A stretch of 64,000 bases of DNA from an uncultured Gammaproteobacteria bacterium (GTDB lineage Bacteria > Patescibacteriota > Microgenomatia > UBA10105 > UBA927): the NCBI GenBank assembly GCA_964394685.1, contig CAYMYO010000001.1, positions 14 to 64,013 on the forward strand. The letters are read 5' to 3'. Below, in pieces: positions 1 to 8,411 of this stretch (its first letter is position 1; every line of letters starts with the position of its first letter). A program made the position numbers and the translations under genes. The notes beneath the pieces are model-generated. The model had not been told where the DNA came from, did no database searches, and was given only the letters and a program-made list of their open reading frames with translations.

Positions 1-1093
1 TGAGGGTTTCGATTCCTTCCTTGGTTTTAGCAGAGATGAACACATGGGGAATGTCACCGGCTAACTCTGATATTTTTTGTCTATCCAGATGCGGTGCAGC
101 ATCAATTTTGTTAAACACCAATACTTCTTTATCCTGCGGAATTTTAAGCTGATCCAGAATATCGTTCACGACGCCGATTTTTTCCGTCATGAGCGGATCT
201 GATGCATCGATGATGTGAAGGACTATATCGGCGTGGACGGATTCCATGAGCGTGGATTTGAATGCTTCTATAAGTGCCGGCGGAAGATTGGCGATAAATC
301 CGATGGTGTCTGATATGAGCACTTTTTTCCCAAGACTCGGCATATAAATCTCACCGACGGTGCTGTCGAGCGTCGCAAACAACGCCTGTTCCACCAAATG
401 TTTTTTATGGGTGAGGACATTAAACAGCGATGTTTTTCCTGCATTGGTATATCCCACAATGGAGATCGTTTGCAGGCCGAGATTTTTTCTATGCTCCATC
501 TGACGTAAACGTGAATCAGCGGATTTGGCAAGCTCATCTTTGGCGCGTTTGATTTCGCGTTTCCAGTGCCGTTTCATAAGTTCCGTATTGGTTTCTCCGA
601 GCCCCCTTGTTCCGATACCGCCGCCCTGACGGGAAAGCACTATACCCATACCGTAAATCCTCGGCCCCATACTCTGCATCCGTGCAAGTTCTATCTGGAG
701 TTTGGCTTCCATCGTCCGTGCATGGTGGGAGAATATAGCAAGGATGAGATCGACTCGGTCCCAGATTTGGATATTCGGCCGTACGGTCCAAAACAATTTC
801 ATCAGTGTAAACTTCTGGCTGGGTTTGAGCTGTCCGTTGAAGATAATGATGTCTGTGGGATGCGTTTTCAGATAAACGCCGACTTCTTCCGCTTTTCCCG
901 GGCCAATATAAGTCGCATCAAATTCTTCACCTTTTTGATGGATAAGGTCCATGACTTGCGCATTCCCAAGTGTTTCAACGAGATGCCATAGTTCGGTGAT
1001 ATCCTCTTCCATGTCCGCACGGCTCATGCGCGGCCGGGAAAGGTAGACAAAGAGTATATTAAGCGGGTGGGAGAGAGTTTGCACTGCGTGCAT
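1..1093 (-). CDS. hflX: GTPase HflX (3' end runs off the window)
   Basis: Not in the ORF track. Manual minus-strand reading gives GPGETNTELM, G1 VGYTNAGK, LFATLDS, G3 DTIGFI, AFKSTL and G4 NKID. The start is ATG 1093 or in-frame GTG 1084, 7 nt after a TGnTATAAT box. Confidence 0.93.
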   Translation of the reverse strand, partial: MHAVQTLSHPLNILFVYLSRPRMSRADMEEDITELWHLVETLGNAQVMDLIHQKGEEFDATYIGPGKAEEVGVYLKTHPTDIIIFNGQLKPSQKFTLMKLFWTVRPNIQIWDRVDLILAIFSHHARTMEAKLQIELARMQSMGPRIYGMGIVLSRQGGGIGTRGLGETNTELMKRHWKREIKRAKDELAKSADSRLRQMEHRKNLGLQTISIVGYTNAGKTSLFNVLTHKKHLVEQALFATLDSTVGEIYMPSLGKKVLISDTIGFIANLPPALIEAFKSTLMESVHADIVLHIIDASDPLMTEKIGVVNDILDQLKIPQDKEVLVFNKIDAAPHLDRQKISELAGDIPHVFISAKTKEGIETL

Positions 1094-1201
1094 TATAACA
1101 AGATAAACATTTCGTTACATACTATTGCGCTATGTGTGTGGAGAGGATCAGTTCAGAATTTGATCAAGCGTTATCTATTTGTGGTATAGTAAATGTATTC
1201 C

Positions 1202-1387
1202 ATGGATAGAAAAACTCAATTTCTCAAAGTGTATGCAAATTTGCCATTAGGCGCCAGGGAAGAAATCGTGGCTGTTGTTGACGGTGAACCGTTGACATGG
1301 AAATCTGCAAAATTAGAGATAGAACAGGATACGCTGAAAGGAAAGCAGGTGTTAGAAACATTGACAAACCTTAAGATTTTACCATGA
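1202..1387 (+). CDS. small hypothetical protein (gene 1 of a 3-gene module)
   Basis: 61-64 aa ORF preceded by TGgTATAGT; ATGA overlap with the next gene. Confidence 0.75.
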   Translation: MDRKTQFLKVYANLPLGAREEIVAVVDGEPLTWKSAKLEIEQDTLKGKQVLETLTNLKILP

Positions 1388-1632
1388 CTGATAAAACCCC
1401 AGATCAATTAAAATTAACAGAGGAAGAAAAGAATAAACTTAAGGAACTTGTTTTAGCGCGCCTTTCTGTTATGCCGCAAGAAATCTCCATATCCATTGGT
1501 GATAAGAATTTGGACAAGAAAGCACTTACAGAGCATGTTCAATCAGAAGATGAAATTGGTAAACAAATGATGGAAATGGATCTTGAATTTCTTCAGGACC
1601 TCGCGAGAGGTGCTATTTACGGACATGAATAA
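1384..1632 (+). CDS. small hypothetical protein (gene 2 of the module), apparent paralog of gene 1
   Basis: 82 aa ORF sharing an [LM]P...GKQ[VM][LM]E pattern with gene 1; overlaps both neighbours. Confidence 0.78.
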   Translation: MTDKTPDQLKLTEEEKNKLKELVLARLSVMPQEISISIGDKNLDKKALTEHVQSEDEIGKQMMEMDLEFLQDLARGAIYGHE

Positions 1633-2278
1633 TTCCCTTCTTGTTACAAGACCAAATCATGACTCAGCGACCAATTATCTCTATCATTGGACTGAACCGG
1701 TCATTGACGAGGCAAAACGAAAACATATCCCTGTATATGATTTGAAAGAAGACAAAGCAACGAAGAAAAACTTTTTGAGTTATTTGCAATCCAAACATCC
1801 GGGTTTTCTTTTTTTAAATGGCCATGGGGACGCTGAAACTGTTACAGGACAAAATTATGACGTTTTATTGGATAAAACCGTGAATAAAAATTTCGTTTCT
1901 GACACTATAATATACGCAAGAAGTTGTGATTCTGGAAAAATATTAGGAAATACACTGGTACAGCATGGAGTTTTGGCATTTATCGGATATACAAGGAAAT
2001 TTATTGTCGGAACGACGCGATTAAACATAACGAAGCCCCTTAAGGATCCATTAGCAAAATTATTTTTGGAGCCCTCCAATCTCATTCCGACGACGATACT
2101 CAAAGGTCATACTGCAGGTGAAGCAGACCGTCGATCGAAACAGGAGATGCTGAAAAATTTTCAGAAAATGATTTCTAGCGCTGGATCATTTGAAGAACGT
2201 TACGCTGCTCGATGGTTGTGGTCAAATATACGAAGTCAAGTAGTGATAGGTGATCAAAACTCATCCATAAATTCATAA
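1625..2278 (+). CDS. putative clan CD cysteine protease (caspase/CHAT/gingipain-like fold)
   Basis: Hydrophobic strand plus His-Gly (FLFLNGHG), second strand plus Ser-Cys (IIYARSC), then AFIGY. No signal peptide. Confidence 0.65.
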   Translation: MNNSLLVTRPNHDSATNYLYHWTEPVIDEAKRKHIPVYDLKEDKATKKNFLSYLQSKHPGFLFLNGHGDAETVTGQNYDVLLDKTVNKNFVSDTIIYARSCDSGKILGNTLVQHGVLAFIGYTRKFIVGTTRLNITKPLKDPLAKLFLEPSNLIPTTILKGHTAGEADRRSKQEMLKNFQKMISSAGSFEERYAARWLWSNIRSQVVIGDQNSSINS

Positions 2279-2286
2279 TTACATTC

Positions 2287-3246
2287 ATGTTTAAGGGATT
2301 ACTCTTCAGGATTATTGTTTCGATAGTTGTTGTGGTGGGGGCCATTTTCCTTTTCTTCGGACCGGTGGGAACAAAAAAAGAAATGGAGCTGTTTGTGGTG
2401 CCACAGAACGCGGAAAATTTTGACGTGGCGGGGGAATTGAAAAAGCAGGGATTTGTCCGAAGCGAGTGGATTACAAGAATTATTCTTGAAGGTTCAACCA
2501 TCGAGCCGGGAGGATACCGGCTCAATAAATCAATGTGGTTGTGGCAGGTGACATTTACGATGAAAAGCAAACCGAGTCTTGTGTGGGTGACAATTGTTGG
2601 TTGTCAACGCAGGGAGCAGATTGCAGAAGTTTTGCAAAAAGCATTAGGATGGGACCAGACAAAACTTAATCAGTGGAACAACGCATATAAAAGCATGGAA
2701 TCGGATTATTTGGAAGGCGTATATTATCCCGACACGTATTTACTTCCCGTTGATGAAACAGGTGGTCAGGTAGCCAAACGGTTTATTGACCGCTTCAATG
2801 AAAAGTTTGCTCCGTATTCCCAAAAATTTCAGGACGCAAATATCCGGTGGGTAACAGCACTGAAAATTGCATCCTTAATTGAGCGGGAAGCGGGAGGGGC
2901 AAGTGACATGAAGCTTATTTCCGGCATTATCTGGAACAGGTTAAATATTAATATGCGCCTTCAGATTGATGCGACCATGCAATATACAAAAGGTCAGAAA
3001 TCTGATGAAAGTTGGTGGGGAGGAATAGATTTGACGGAAAAATTGAGCGACTCGCCGTACAACACATACCTCTATAAAGGCTTACCGCCTACACCTATTT
3101 GCAGCCCGGGAGTTATCTCCATTGAAGCAGTTTTATATCCGGAGGAAACAGACTGTCTGTATTATATTCATGACCGGAGCCGCCAGATCCACTGTGCAAA
3201 AACGTATGCGGAACATAAAAAGAATATTCAATTGTATTTACAATAG
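2287..3246 (+). CDS. mltG: endolytic transglycosylase MltG (YceG-like)
   Basis: N-terminal TM; LEGVYYPDTY, ASLIEREA, RLQIDAT, SPYNTYLYKGLPPTPI motifs. Confidence 0.92.
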   Translation: MFKGLLFRIIVSIVVVVGAIFLFFGPVGTKKEMELFVVPQNAENFDVAGELKKQGFVRSEWITRIILEGSTIEPGGYRLNKSMWLWQVTFTMKSKPSLVWVTIVGCQRREQIAEVLQKALGWDQTKLNQWNNAYKSMESDYLEGVYYPDTYLLPVDETGGQVAKRFIDRFNEKFAPYSQKFQDANIRWVTALKIASLIEREAGGASDMKLISGIIWNRLNINMRLQIDATMQYTKGQKSDESWWGGIDLTEKLSDSPYNTYLYKGLPPTPICSPGVISIEAVLYPEETDCLYYIHDRSRQIHCAKTYAEHKKNIQLYLQ

Positions 3247-3296
3247 GGTGTGGTATATAATGGGGCGATAGAAAGCCACCTGTCCGGAAAGGTTAG

Positions 3297-3737
3297 GTGC
3301 GTGTGGACAAGGAACGATTACCCCACGGGAAAGCAGTGAACCGGCGAAGGATACTGGCTGAGACTCGGCAAAGAGCGGTGTTTAATGTGGACCAACGGAT
3401 TATCGAGAGAAGCCAAGCGGAGCGGCGTTTGATGGAAATTGATCAGATACTGTCTCCTGATGACCAGACCTTATCTATTATGAACGATCAGGAACGGGAG
3501 CAAACCCGGACCGGTTTGGAGATTGAACGCATTTGGCTGCAATTTAAGTTCAGTATGATCACCCCAGTGGAAAAACAGCGATTACTTGCAGGTAAATTTG
3601 ACGAATTGGAGAAGACCAAACCTGACTTGTACAACTGGTTAGTCGCTAGGAACGAAGACGAGTTGTCTATGGCGGAGCGGATTCGTGATAAGGTGATGCC
3701 ACCCATACGTGTTGCAGGATATTATACAAAGCGCTAG
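3297..3737 (+). CDS. hypothetical protein
   Basis: 146 aa charged helical ORF filling the gap; TATAAT upstream; no recognisable motif. Confidence 0.6.
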   Translation: MRVDKERLPHGKAVNRRRILAETRQRAVFNVDQRIIERSQAERRLMEIDQILSPDDQTLSIMNDQEREQTRTGLEIERIWLQFKFSMITPVEKQRLLAGKFDELEKTKPDLYNWLVARNEDELSMAERIRDKVMPPIRVAGYYTKR

Positions 3738-3784
3738 TGAATTTCAAAGCGTCAGAACTTCTTCTGAAGGTGTAAAATATATTT

Positions 3785-4456
3785 ATGTACAAACTTTCTC
3801 CGTCCGACTTTGCGTACTTATATGAAGAGTGTAAGTTTTGTTATGTGTTGAAAATCAAACGGGGAGTTATTCGGCCGAGCATGCCCATGCCGGGGGTATT
3901 TTCTGCACTCAATACACGTCTTCAAGGAACGCTTATTGGAAAAGAACTCCGGCAGCTTTCACCAGAACTTCCTGCAGGCATTGTAGAAAGTCAGGAAGGG
4001 CATATAGAATCGCAAGTGATACCCGGAACAAAAGTATATATCAAAGGGAAGTATGATTTGTTAGTCAGGCAGCCGGATAATACGTATCTGATTGTTGATT
4101 TTAAAATCAGCCAGCCAAGTGAGGATAAGACAACCAAATTTCAAACACAACTGCAGGCATATCATTACGCGTTTGAACATCCGGCTCACGGGGAACCGAT
4201 TGTCATAACCAAAACGGGACTCATCATCATGTATCCGGACAAAACAACATTTGAAAACGGCCGGGCAATTCTTGATTTTCCACCGCAGTGGCTGGAAATT
4301 CCCATTGATGAACAAAAATTTTTACGGTTTATGGGAGAGGTGAGTTTGCTTTTGGAAGGACCGACACCCATGGAAAATCCACATTGTCCGTGGTGTCAGT
4401 ATCGGCATTTGGGAGAAAAACTCGCTCATCCGCAAACATTAGATATACCGTTTTAA
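3785..4456 (+). CDS. PD-(D/E)XK nuclease, RecB/Cas4-like (stand-alone)
   Basis: LSPS...C start, GKYD, IVDFK, QLQAY motifs; CKFC and C-terminal CPWC cysteines. Confidence 0.85.
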   Translation: MYKLSPSDFAYLYEECKFCYVLKIKRGVIRPSMPMPGVFSALNTRLQGTLIGKELRQLSPELPAGIVESQEGHIESQVIPGTKVYIKGKYDLLVRQPDNTYLIVDFKISQPSEDKTTKFQTQLQAYHYAFEHPAHGEPIVITKTGLIIMYPDKTTFENGRAILDFPPQWLEIPIDEQKFLRFMGEVSLLLEGPTPMENPHCPWCQYRHLGEKLAHPQTLDIPF

Positions 4457-4480
4457 TTAGTATTTCAAGTATTTTCTTCA

Positions 4481-4511
4481 CAAAAAAACCTCACTTACGC
4501 AAGGTTTTTTG
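4481..4511. terminator. probable bidirectional intrinsic terminator between convergent genes
   Basis: AAAAAACCT...AGGTTTTTT inverted repeat with A and T tracts. Confidence 0.5.
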
Positions 4512-4532
4512 TCTTACTTTCTAAAAAGTAAA

Positions 4533-4733
4533 TTACGCTGCTAATTTTACATTCTTTGCAGCCGGTCCTTTTTCTCCATCAACGACGTCAAATTCAACTT
4601 TCGCTCCAACTTGAAGCGCGTCAAACATAACACCGACTAGATCTTTTGAATGAAAGAAAAGGTCTTTTGTTTCGCCGTCACGGGCGATAAAACCAAATCC
4701 TCTATCTGTTTTTACTTTAATTGTACCAGTCAT
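4533..4733 (-). CDS. cspA: cold-shock protein
   Basis: RNP1 RGFGFI, RNP2 LFFH, KGPAAKNV; AAAGGAG Shine-Dalgarno and TGtTATAAT upstream. Confidence 0.95.
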   Translation of the reverse strand: MTGTIKVKTDRGFGFIARDGETKDLFFHSKDLVGVMFDALQVGAKVEFDVVDGEKGPAAKNVKLAA

Positions 4734-4785
4734 AGTAGTTTGTCTCCTTTCTGTTCACCATTATAACAGATTTTGCAGTATTACG

Positions 4786-4852
4786 TGATTTCGAACGGTT
4801 ACTCAATGGTTACAAGGCTATTTTCAATCAAATTTTAGTTCGAAATCGTTGA
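4786..4852. repeat. 67-bp direct repeat, copy 1 (terminal inverted repeat GATTTCGAAC...GTTCGAAATC)
   Basis: 57/67 identical to 5435-5501 by manual alignment. Confidence 0.85.
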
Positions 4853-4887
4853 GCGGAACCAGAACCTAAGATGATATAATTCTAGCT

Positions 4888-5412
4888 ATGCTTCAGAGTG
4901 TTATCCTTATCCCTATTCCTTCAGCGGATCCTGTTATTGGTGAATGGCGAAAAAAATATGATCACGTAGCACTCCATGGGATTCCGGCACATATTACACT
5001 TCTTTTTCCATTTAAAGAATCATCTCAAATTACTCAAGAAATAATAAAGAAACTCGAAGGTATATTTTTGAAGGTTAAACAATTTCCTTTTACCTTAGAT
5101 AGGATAAATACATTTCCGAACGTGATTTTTCTTGATCCGAATCCAAGAGATGAGTTTATTAAGTTAATCGAAGCAATTGTTCATATTTTCCCGGAAAATT
5201 CGCCCTATGAAGGAAAGTACTCGTCGATAAATCCTCATGCAACTATTGCACAGATAAGTGATATTGAAAAGACAGATTCATTGAAGAAACAAATAGAAGA
5301 AGATATTTCAATAAACTTTCCAATTCAATGTCTGGCAAAGGAAGCATGGTTAATGATTGAAGATGAGAAAGGTGAATGGCATATTCAATCAAAATTTCAA
5401 TTTCTTTCCTAG
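4888..5412 (+). CDS. 2H phosphoesterase (2'-5' RNA ligase family)
   Basis: Two HxT motifs: PAHITL and PHATI. Confidence 0.88.
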   Translation: MLQSVILIPIPSADPVIGEWRKKYDHVALHGIPAHITLLFPFKESSQITQEIIKKLEGIFLKVKQFPFTLDRINTFPNVIFLDPNPRDEFIKLIEAIVHIFPENSPYEGKYSSINPHATIAQISDIEKTDSLKKQIEEDISINFPIQCLAKEAWLMIEDEKGEWHIQSKFQFLS

Positions 5413-5434
5413 TGTCTTGTACCCCCATACTGCA

Positions 5435-5501
5435 TGATTTCGAATGATTGCTCCAGGGTTATGAGGCTATTTTTAGTCAAATATTAGTTCGAAATCGTTG
5501 A
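5435..5501. repeat. 67-bp direct repeat, copy 2
   Basis: 57/67 identical to 4786-4852; the shared TTGAGCGGAA resumes after a short hairpin insert. Confidence 0.85.
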
Positions 5502-5639
5502 ATTTGAATTTTCAACTGTTTGAGCGGAAAAGTAACTATATTTGCTGTTTCCTTGACTTTAGGTAAAAAAATGATAATATCGCATTAGGACAATATAAAT
5601 ATGTTATAATGATACGTAAATGCGTATTTATTAATAATT

Positions 5640-6209
5640 ATGAGATTCAAAGAAAATTATTTAGCCGAAATAAATAGAAAAAAATCGCAAGCAGAAATTA
5701 ATGCTACAAATGCTCAACTAGAAGGAGAACGTCTTAAAACAATTCGCTCAGCAAATCGTGCCCGTTTTGAAGCTGAAGAAGCTCGTCAAAAAGCCAAATT
5801 TTTTGAATTTCTTCAATCCACACCAATACCTCAATTAATGCACGATGCAAAAGATGTTATTCCTGGTGTTGAACTTAATGAAAGTACTCGTGGAGGACTA
5901 AACCTTCAATCCTGGCAAGAAGGAGAATTAAAAATCGAAAGATTTTCTCAGCAATATGATTTCGAATGGACTGACTATGAAGTTAGTTTTAATAATGATC
6001 TTAGTATTTCTGTTCATGTTCAAGATGATGGTGCAGTCACATTTAGATTCGGAGGCCCAGCAGATTGCGATGATCGGTTCCAACAACGAAGAACAATAAA
6101 TTATCGGTCATGGTCACAAAATCCAAGTTTACTTGATAATACCCTATTACATGCAATACATCATCCTACAAAACATCATCAAGTTAATATTGTATCAAGC
6201 CCGTTTTAA
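5640..6209 (+). CDS. hypothetical protein with N-terminal coiled coil
   Basis: 189 aa ORF in AT-rich context, with TTGACT and TGtTATAAT promoter-like boxes upstream. Confidence 0.65.
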   Translation: MRFKENYLAEINRKKSQAEINATNAQLEGERLKTIRSANRARFEAEEARQKAKFFEFLQSTPIPQLMHDAKDVIPGVELNESTRGGLNLQSWQEGELKIERFSQQYDFEWTDYEVSFNNDLSISVHVQDDGAVTFRFGGPADCDDRFQQRRTINYRSWSQNPSLLDNTLLHAIHHPTKHHQVNIVSSPF

Positions 6210-6226
6210 TATCTATTTACCTAACG

Positions 6227-6285
6227 TGTACCCCCAGCCGGATTCCCGTTCGACTCGAAGACTCGCTCAGAGCGCAGCGAACCGG
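6227..6285 (-). pseudogene. tRNA 3'-end fragment (T-arm plus acceptor 3' strand) with a 33-nt insertion in the T-loop
   Basis: Minus strand reads CCGGTTC[33 nt]GAATCCGGCTGGGGGTAC; no 5' half found. Confidence 0.6.
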
Positions 6286-6294
6286 ATTATTTTG

Positions 6295-6366
6295 TGCCGC
6301 GTAAGGGAGTCGGACCCTTGTTGATAGATTGAGAATCTACCGTACTAACCGTTATACGAACGCGGC
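6295..6366 (-). tRNA. tRNA-Glu (anticodon CTC)
   Basis: Acceptor GCCGCGT/ACGCGGC, D-stem GTAT/GTAC, anticodon loop TTCTCAA, T-stem AAGGG/CCCTT; CCA not encoded. Confidence 0.9.
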
Positions 6367-6397
6367 AGAAGTTACAGCTAATTCTATCAATAACCTC

Positions 6398-6426
6398 TTG
6401 ACATCACAAGCGAAGTTCGATAGACT
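6398..6426 (+). promoter_or_regulatory. sigma70-type promoter for greA
   Basis: TTGACA-17 nt-TAGACT. Confidence 0.65.
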
Positions 6427-6462
6427 TTGAAAACTTACTAGGGATTGAAAGCCCTATTTTTT

Positions 6463-6918
6463 ATGGATAGACCATTATTGACAAAGCAGGGACTTGCGGA
6501 ATTACAGGTTGAATATAAAGATCTGGTTGGTGTTAAACGGCCGGCGGCTGTTTCCAGGCTTTCTGATGCGCGCGAGCTTGGGGATTTAAGTGAAAACAGC
6601 GAGTATGCATCGGCAAAACAGGATCTTGCGTTTATTGACGGCAGAATTGCCGAACTTGAAGAAATCCTTCATGGTGCAAAAATCATTACCTCTCACCCGA
6701 AAGGGCTTGTTGATGTTGGATGTAAAGTGACGATTCATCTGAACGGAAAAAAAGACATTTTTCATGTCGTTGGTGAGTGGGAAGCGGATCCGTCAAACAA
6801 AAAAATTTCTCATTCATCTCCGCTTGGCAAAGCCCTCATGGGAAAAAAGGTAGGAGAAATAGTAGAAGTGGAAGCTCCTGCTGGCAAGGTCCTCTATAAA
6901 ATTATTGAGATAGAATAA
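6463..6918 (+). CDS. greA: transcription elongation factor GreA
   Basis: GDLSENSEY and ISHSSPLGKAL motifs. Confidence 0.96.
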   Translation: MDRPLLTKQGLAELQVEYKDLVGVKRPAAVSRLSDARELGDLSENSEYASAKQDLAFIDGRIAELEEILHGAKIITSHPKGLVDVGCKVTIHLNGKKDIFHVVGEWEADPSNKKISHSSPLGKALMGKKVGEIVEVEAPAGKVLYKIIEIE

Positions 6919-6946
6919 TTTCGGCAGTTTCTGATAAAATAAGAAT

Positions 6947-8401
6947 ATGCCGACACTCGACGAACTTCGCCAAGCAAGACTCACCAAACTCAAAAAACTT
7001 GTTGATAGTGGTACTCCCGCGTATCCGGCAGAAACCGGCTCCAGAGAAATGATTGCTGAAGCCAGAACACATGACAAAAAGATTGCAACAGTTGCCGGAC
7101 GCATCATGGCAATCCGGGGACACGGCAAAATTTTCTTTTTGGATTTAAAAGACAGTTCAGATCGGATTCAGATTGTTTGTAAAGTAGATGTGATGGAAGC
7201 AGCTTCATTTTCTCTTATGGAGTTTCTGGATATGGGAGACTTTATTTTGGTTTCTGGGGAAGTAGGAAAAACACAGGCAGGGGAGCTGTCTATTTTTGCA
7301 ACATCTTTCCATTTATTATCTAAATCTCTTCGGCCGCTTCCGAGCGTTTGGCACGGATTAACCGATGTTGAGGAACGGTATCGGCAGCGGTATGTAGATC
7401 TTATTATGAACAAAGAAGTCCGGGAAGTATTTGAAATACGGGCAAAAGTAATTTCGTATTTACGGAGGTTTCTTGATCAAGACGGGTTTATTGAAGTTGA
7501 AACACCGGTACTTCAACCAGTGTACGGCGGAGCATCGGCAAAACCGTTTGTCACGCACCACAATGCCCTAGATACGGACTTGTACCTGCGTATTGCAGTA
7601 GAACTATATTTAAAACGTCTCATTGTCGGAGGATTTGAAAAAGTGTATGAGATTGGCAAGGATTTTCGAAATGAGGGTATGAGCAGGCAGCACAATCCTG
7701 AATTTACCATGCTCGAGTTCTATTGGGCATATGCAACGTATGAAGATCTCATGACGTATTCAGAAAAAATGATCAGCGGACTCATTAAAGAGATTAAACA
7801 CACGATGAAAGTGACGTACCAGGGAACAAAACTGGATTTCACTCCACCATGGCCAAGAGTTTCCTATCGCGATGCAGTACTCGAATACACGGGTATTGAT
7901 ATTGCAATTGCTGACGATGAAAAGAAATTACTTATTGCAATTAAGAAACATAAATTTGTTATTGATGTGACGGGAGCCATTGGGTACGGAGTAATTCTTG
8001 ATACTTTGTACAAAGCAGCAGTGAGACCTAAGCTTATTGGACCATTGTTCTTAACAAAGCGGCCAACAGCATTTGTAACACTTGCCAAACGCCTTCCCGA
8101 AGACCCACGATTTACTGCATCATTTCAACTTCTTGTTATGGGAGAAGAATTATTAAATGCCTACAATGAGCTCAATGACCCGCAGGATCAGGCAGTCCGC
8201 TGGCGGGAATCAGAGGAACTAGGGAAACGCGGACAACAGGAACATGAATCCTATGACGCTGACTATATCAGGGCGCTCGAATATGGCATGCCGCCAACGG
8301 CAGGATGGGGTATGGGAATAGACAGACTTCTTACTATTTTAACGGATCAGAAATCCATCAAAGACGTTATTTTATTCCCAACTCTCCGGCCGGAAGTCTA
8401 A
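6947..8401 (+). CDS. lysS: lysine--tRNA ligase (class II)
   Basis: RYRQRYVDL, FRNEG, HNPEFTMLE, YGMPPTAGWGMGIDRL. Confidence 0.97.
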   Translation: MPTLDELRQARLTKLKKLVDSGTPAYPAETGSREMIAEARTHDKKIATVAGRIMAIRGHGKIFFLDLKDSSDRIQIVCKVDVMEAASFSLMEFLDMGDFILVSGEVGKTQAGELSIFATSFHLLSKSLRPLPSVWHGLTDVEERYRQRYVDLIMNKEVREVFEIRAKVISYLRRFLDQDGFIEVETPVLQPVYGGASAKPFVTHHNALDTDLYLRIAVELYLKRLIVGGFEKVYEIGKDFRNEGMSRQHNPEFTMLEFYWAYATYEDLMTYSEKMISGLIKEIKHTMKVTYQGTKLDFTPPWPRVSYRDAVLEYTGIDIAIADDEKKLLIAIKKHKFVIDVTGAIGYGVILDTLYKAAVRPKLIGPLFLTKRPTAFVTLAKRLPEDPRFTASFQLLVMGEELLNAYNELNDPQDQAVRWRESEELGKRGQQEHESYDADYIRALEYGMPPTAGWGMGIDRLLTILTDQKSIKDVILFPTLRPEV

Positions 8402-8411
8402 TTTCATTGGT

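Noticed and set aside
268-991. Short ORFs at 268-537, 534-791 and 566-991
   Set aside because: Alternative-frame or antisense shadows of hflX, which the track missed because it runs off the window
3785-5501. CRISPR-Cas locus (Cas4-like gene near repeats)
   Set aside because: Only two 67-bp repeats separated by a whole gene; no regular repeat-spacer array and no cas1/cas2
4786-5501. Classical integron attC sites
   Set aside because: No complementary RYYYAAC/GTTRRRY pair closing a long hairpin, the genes have their own promoters, and no intI is present; reported only as cassette-like
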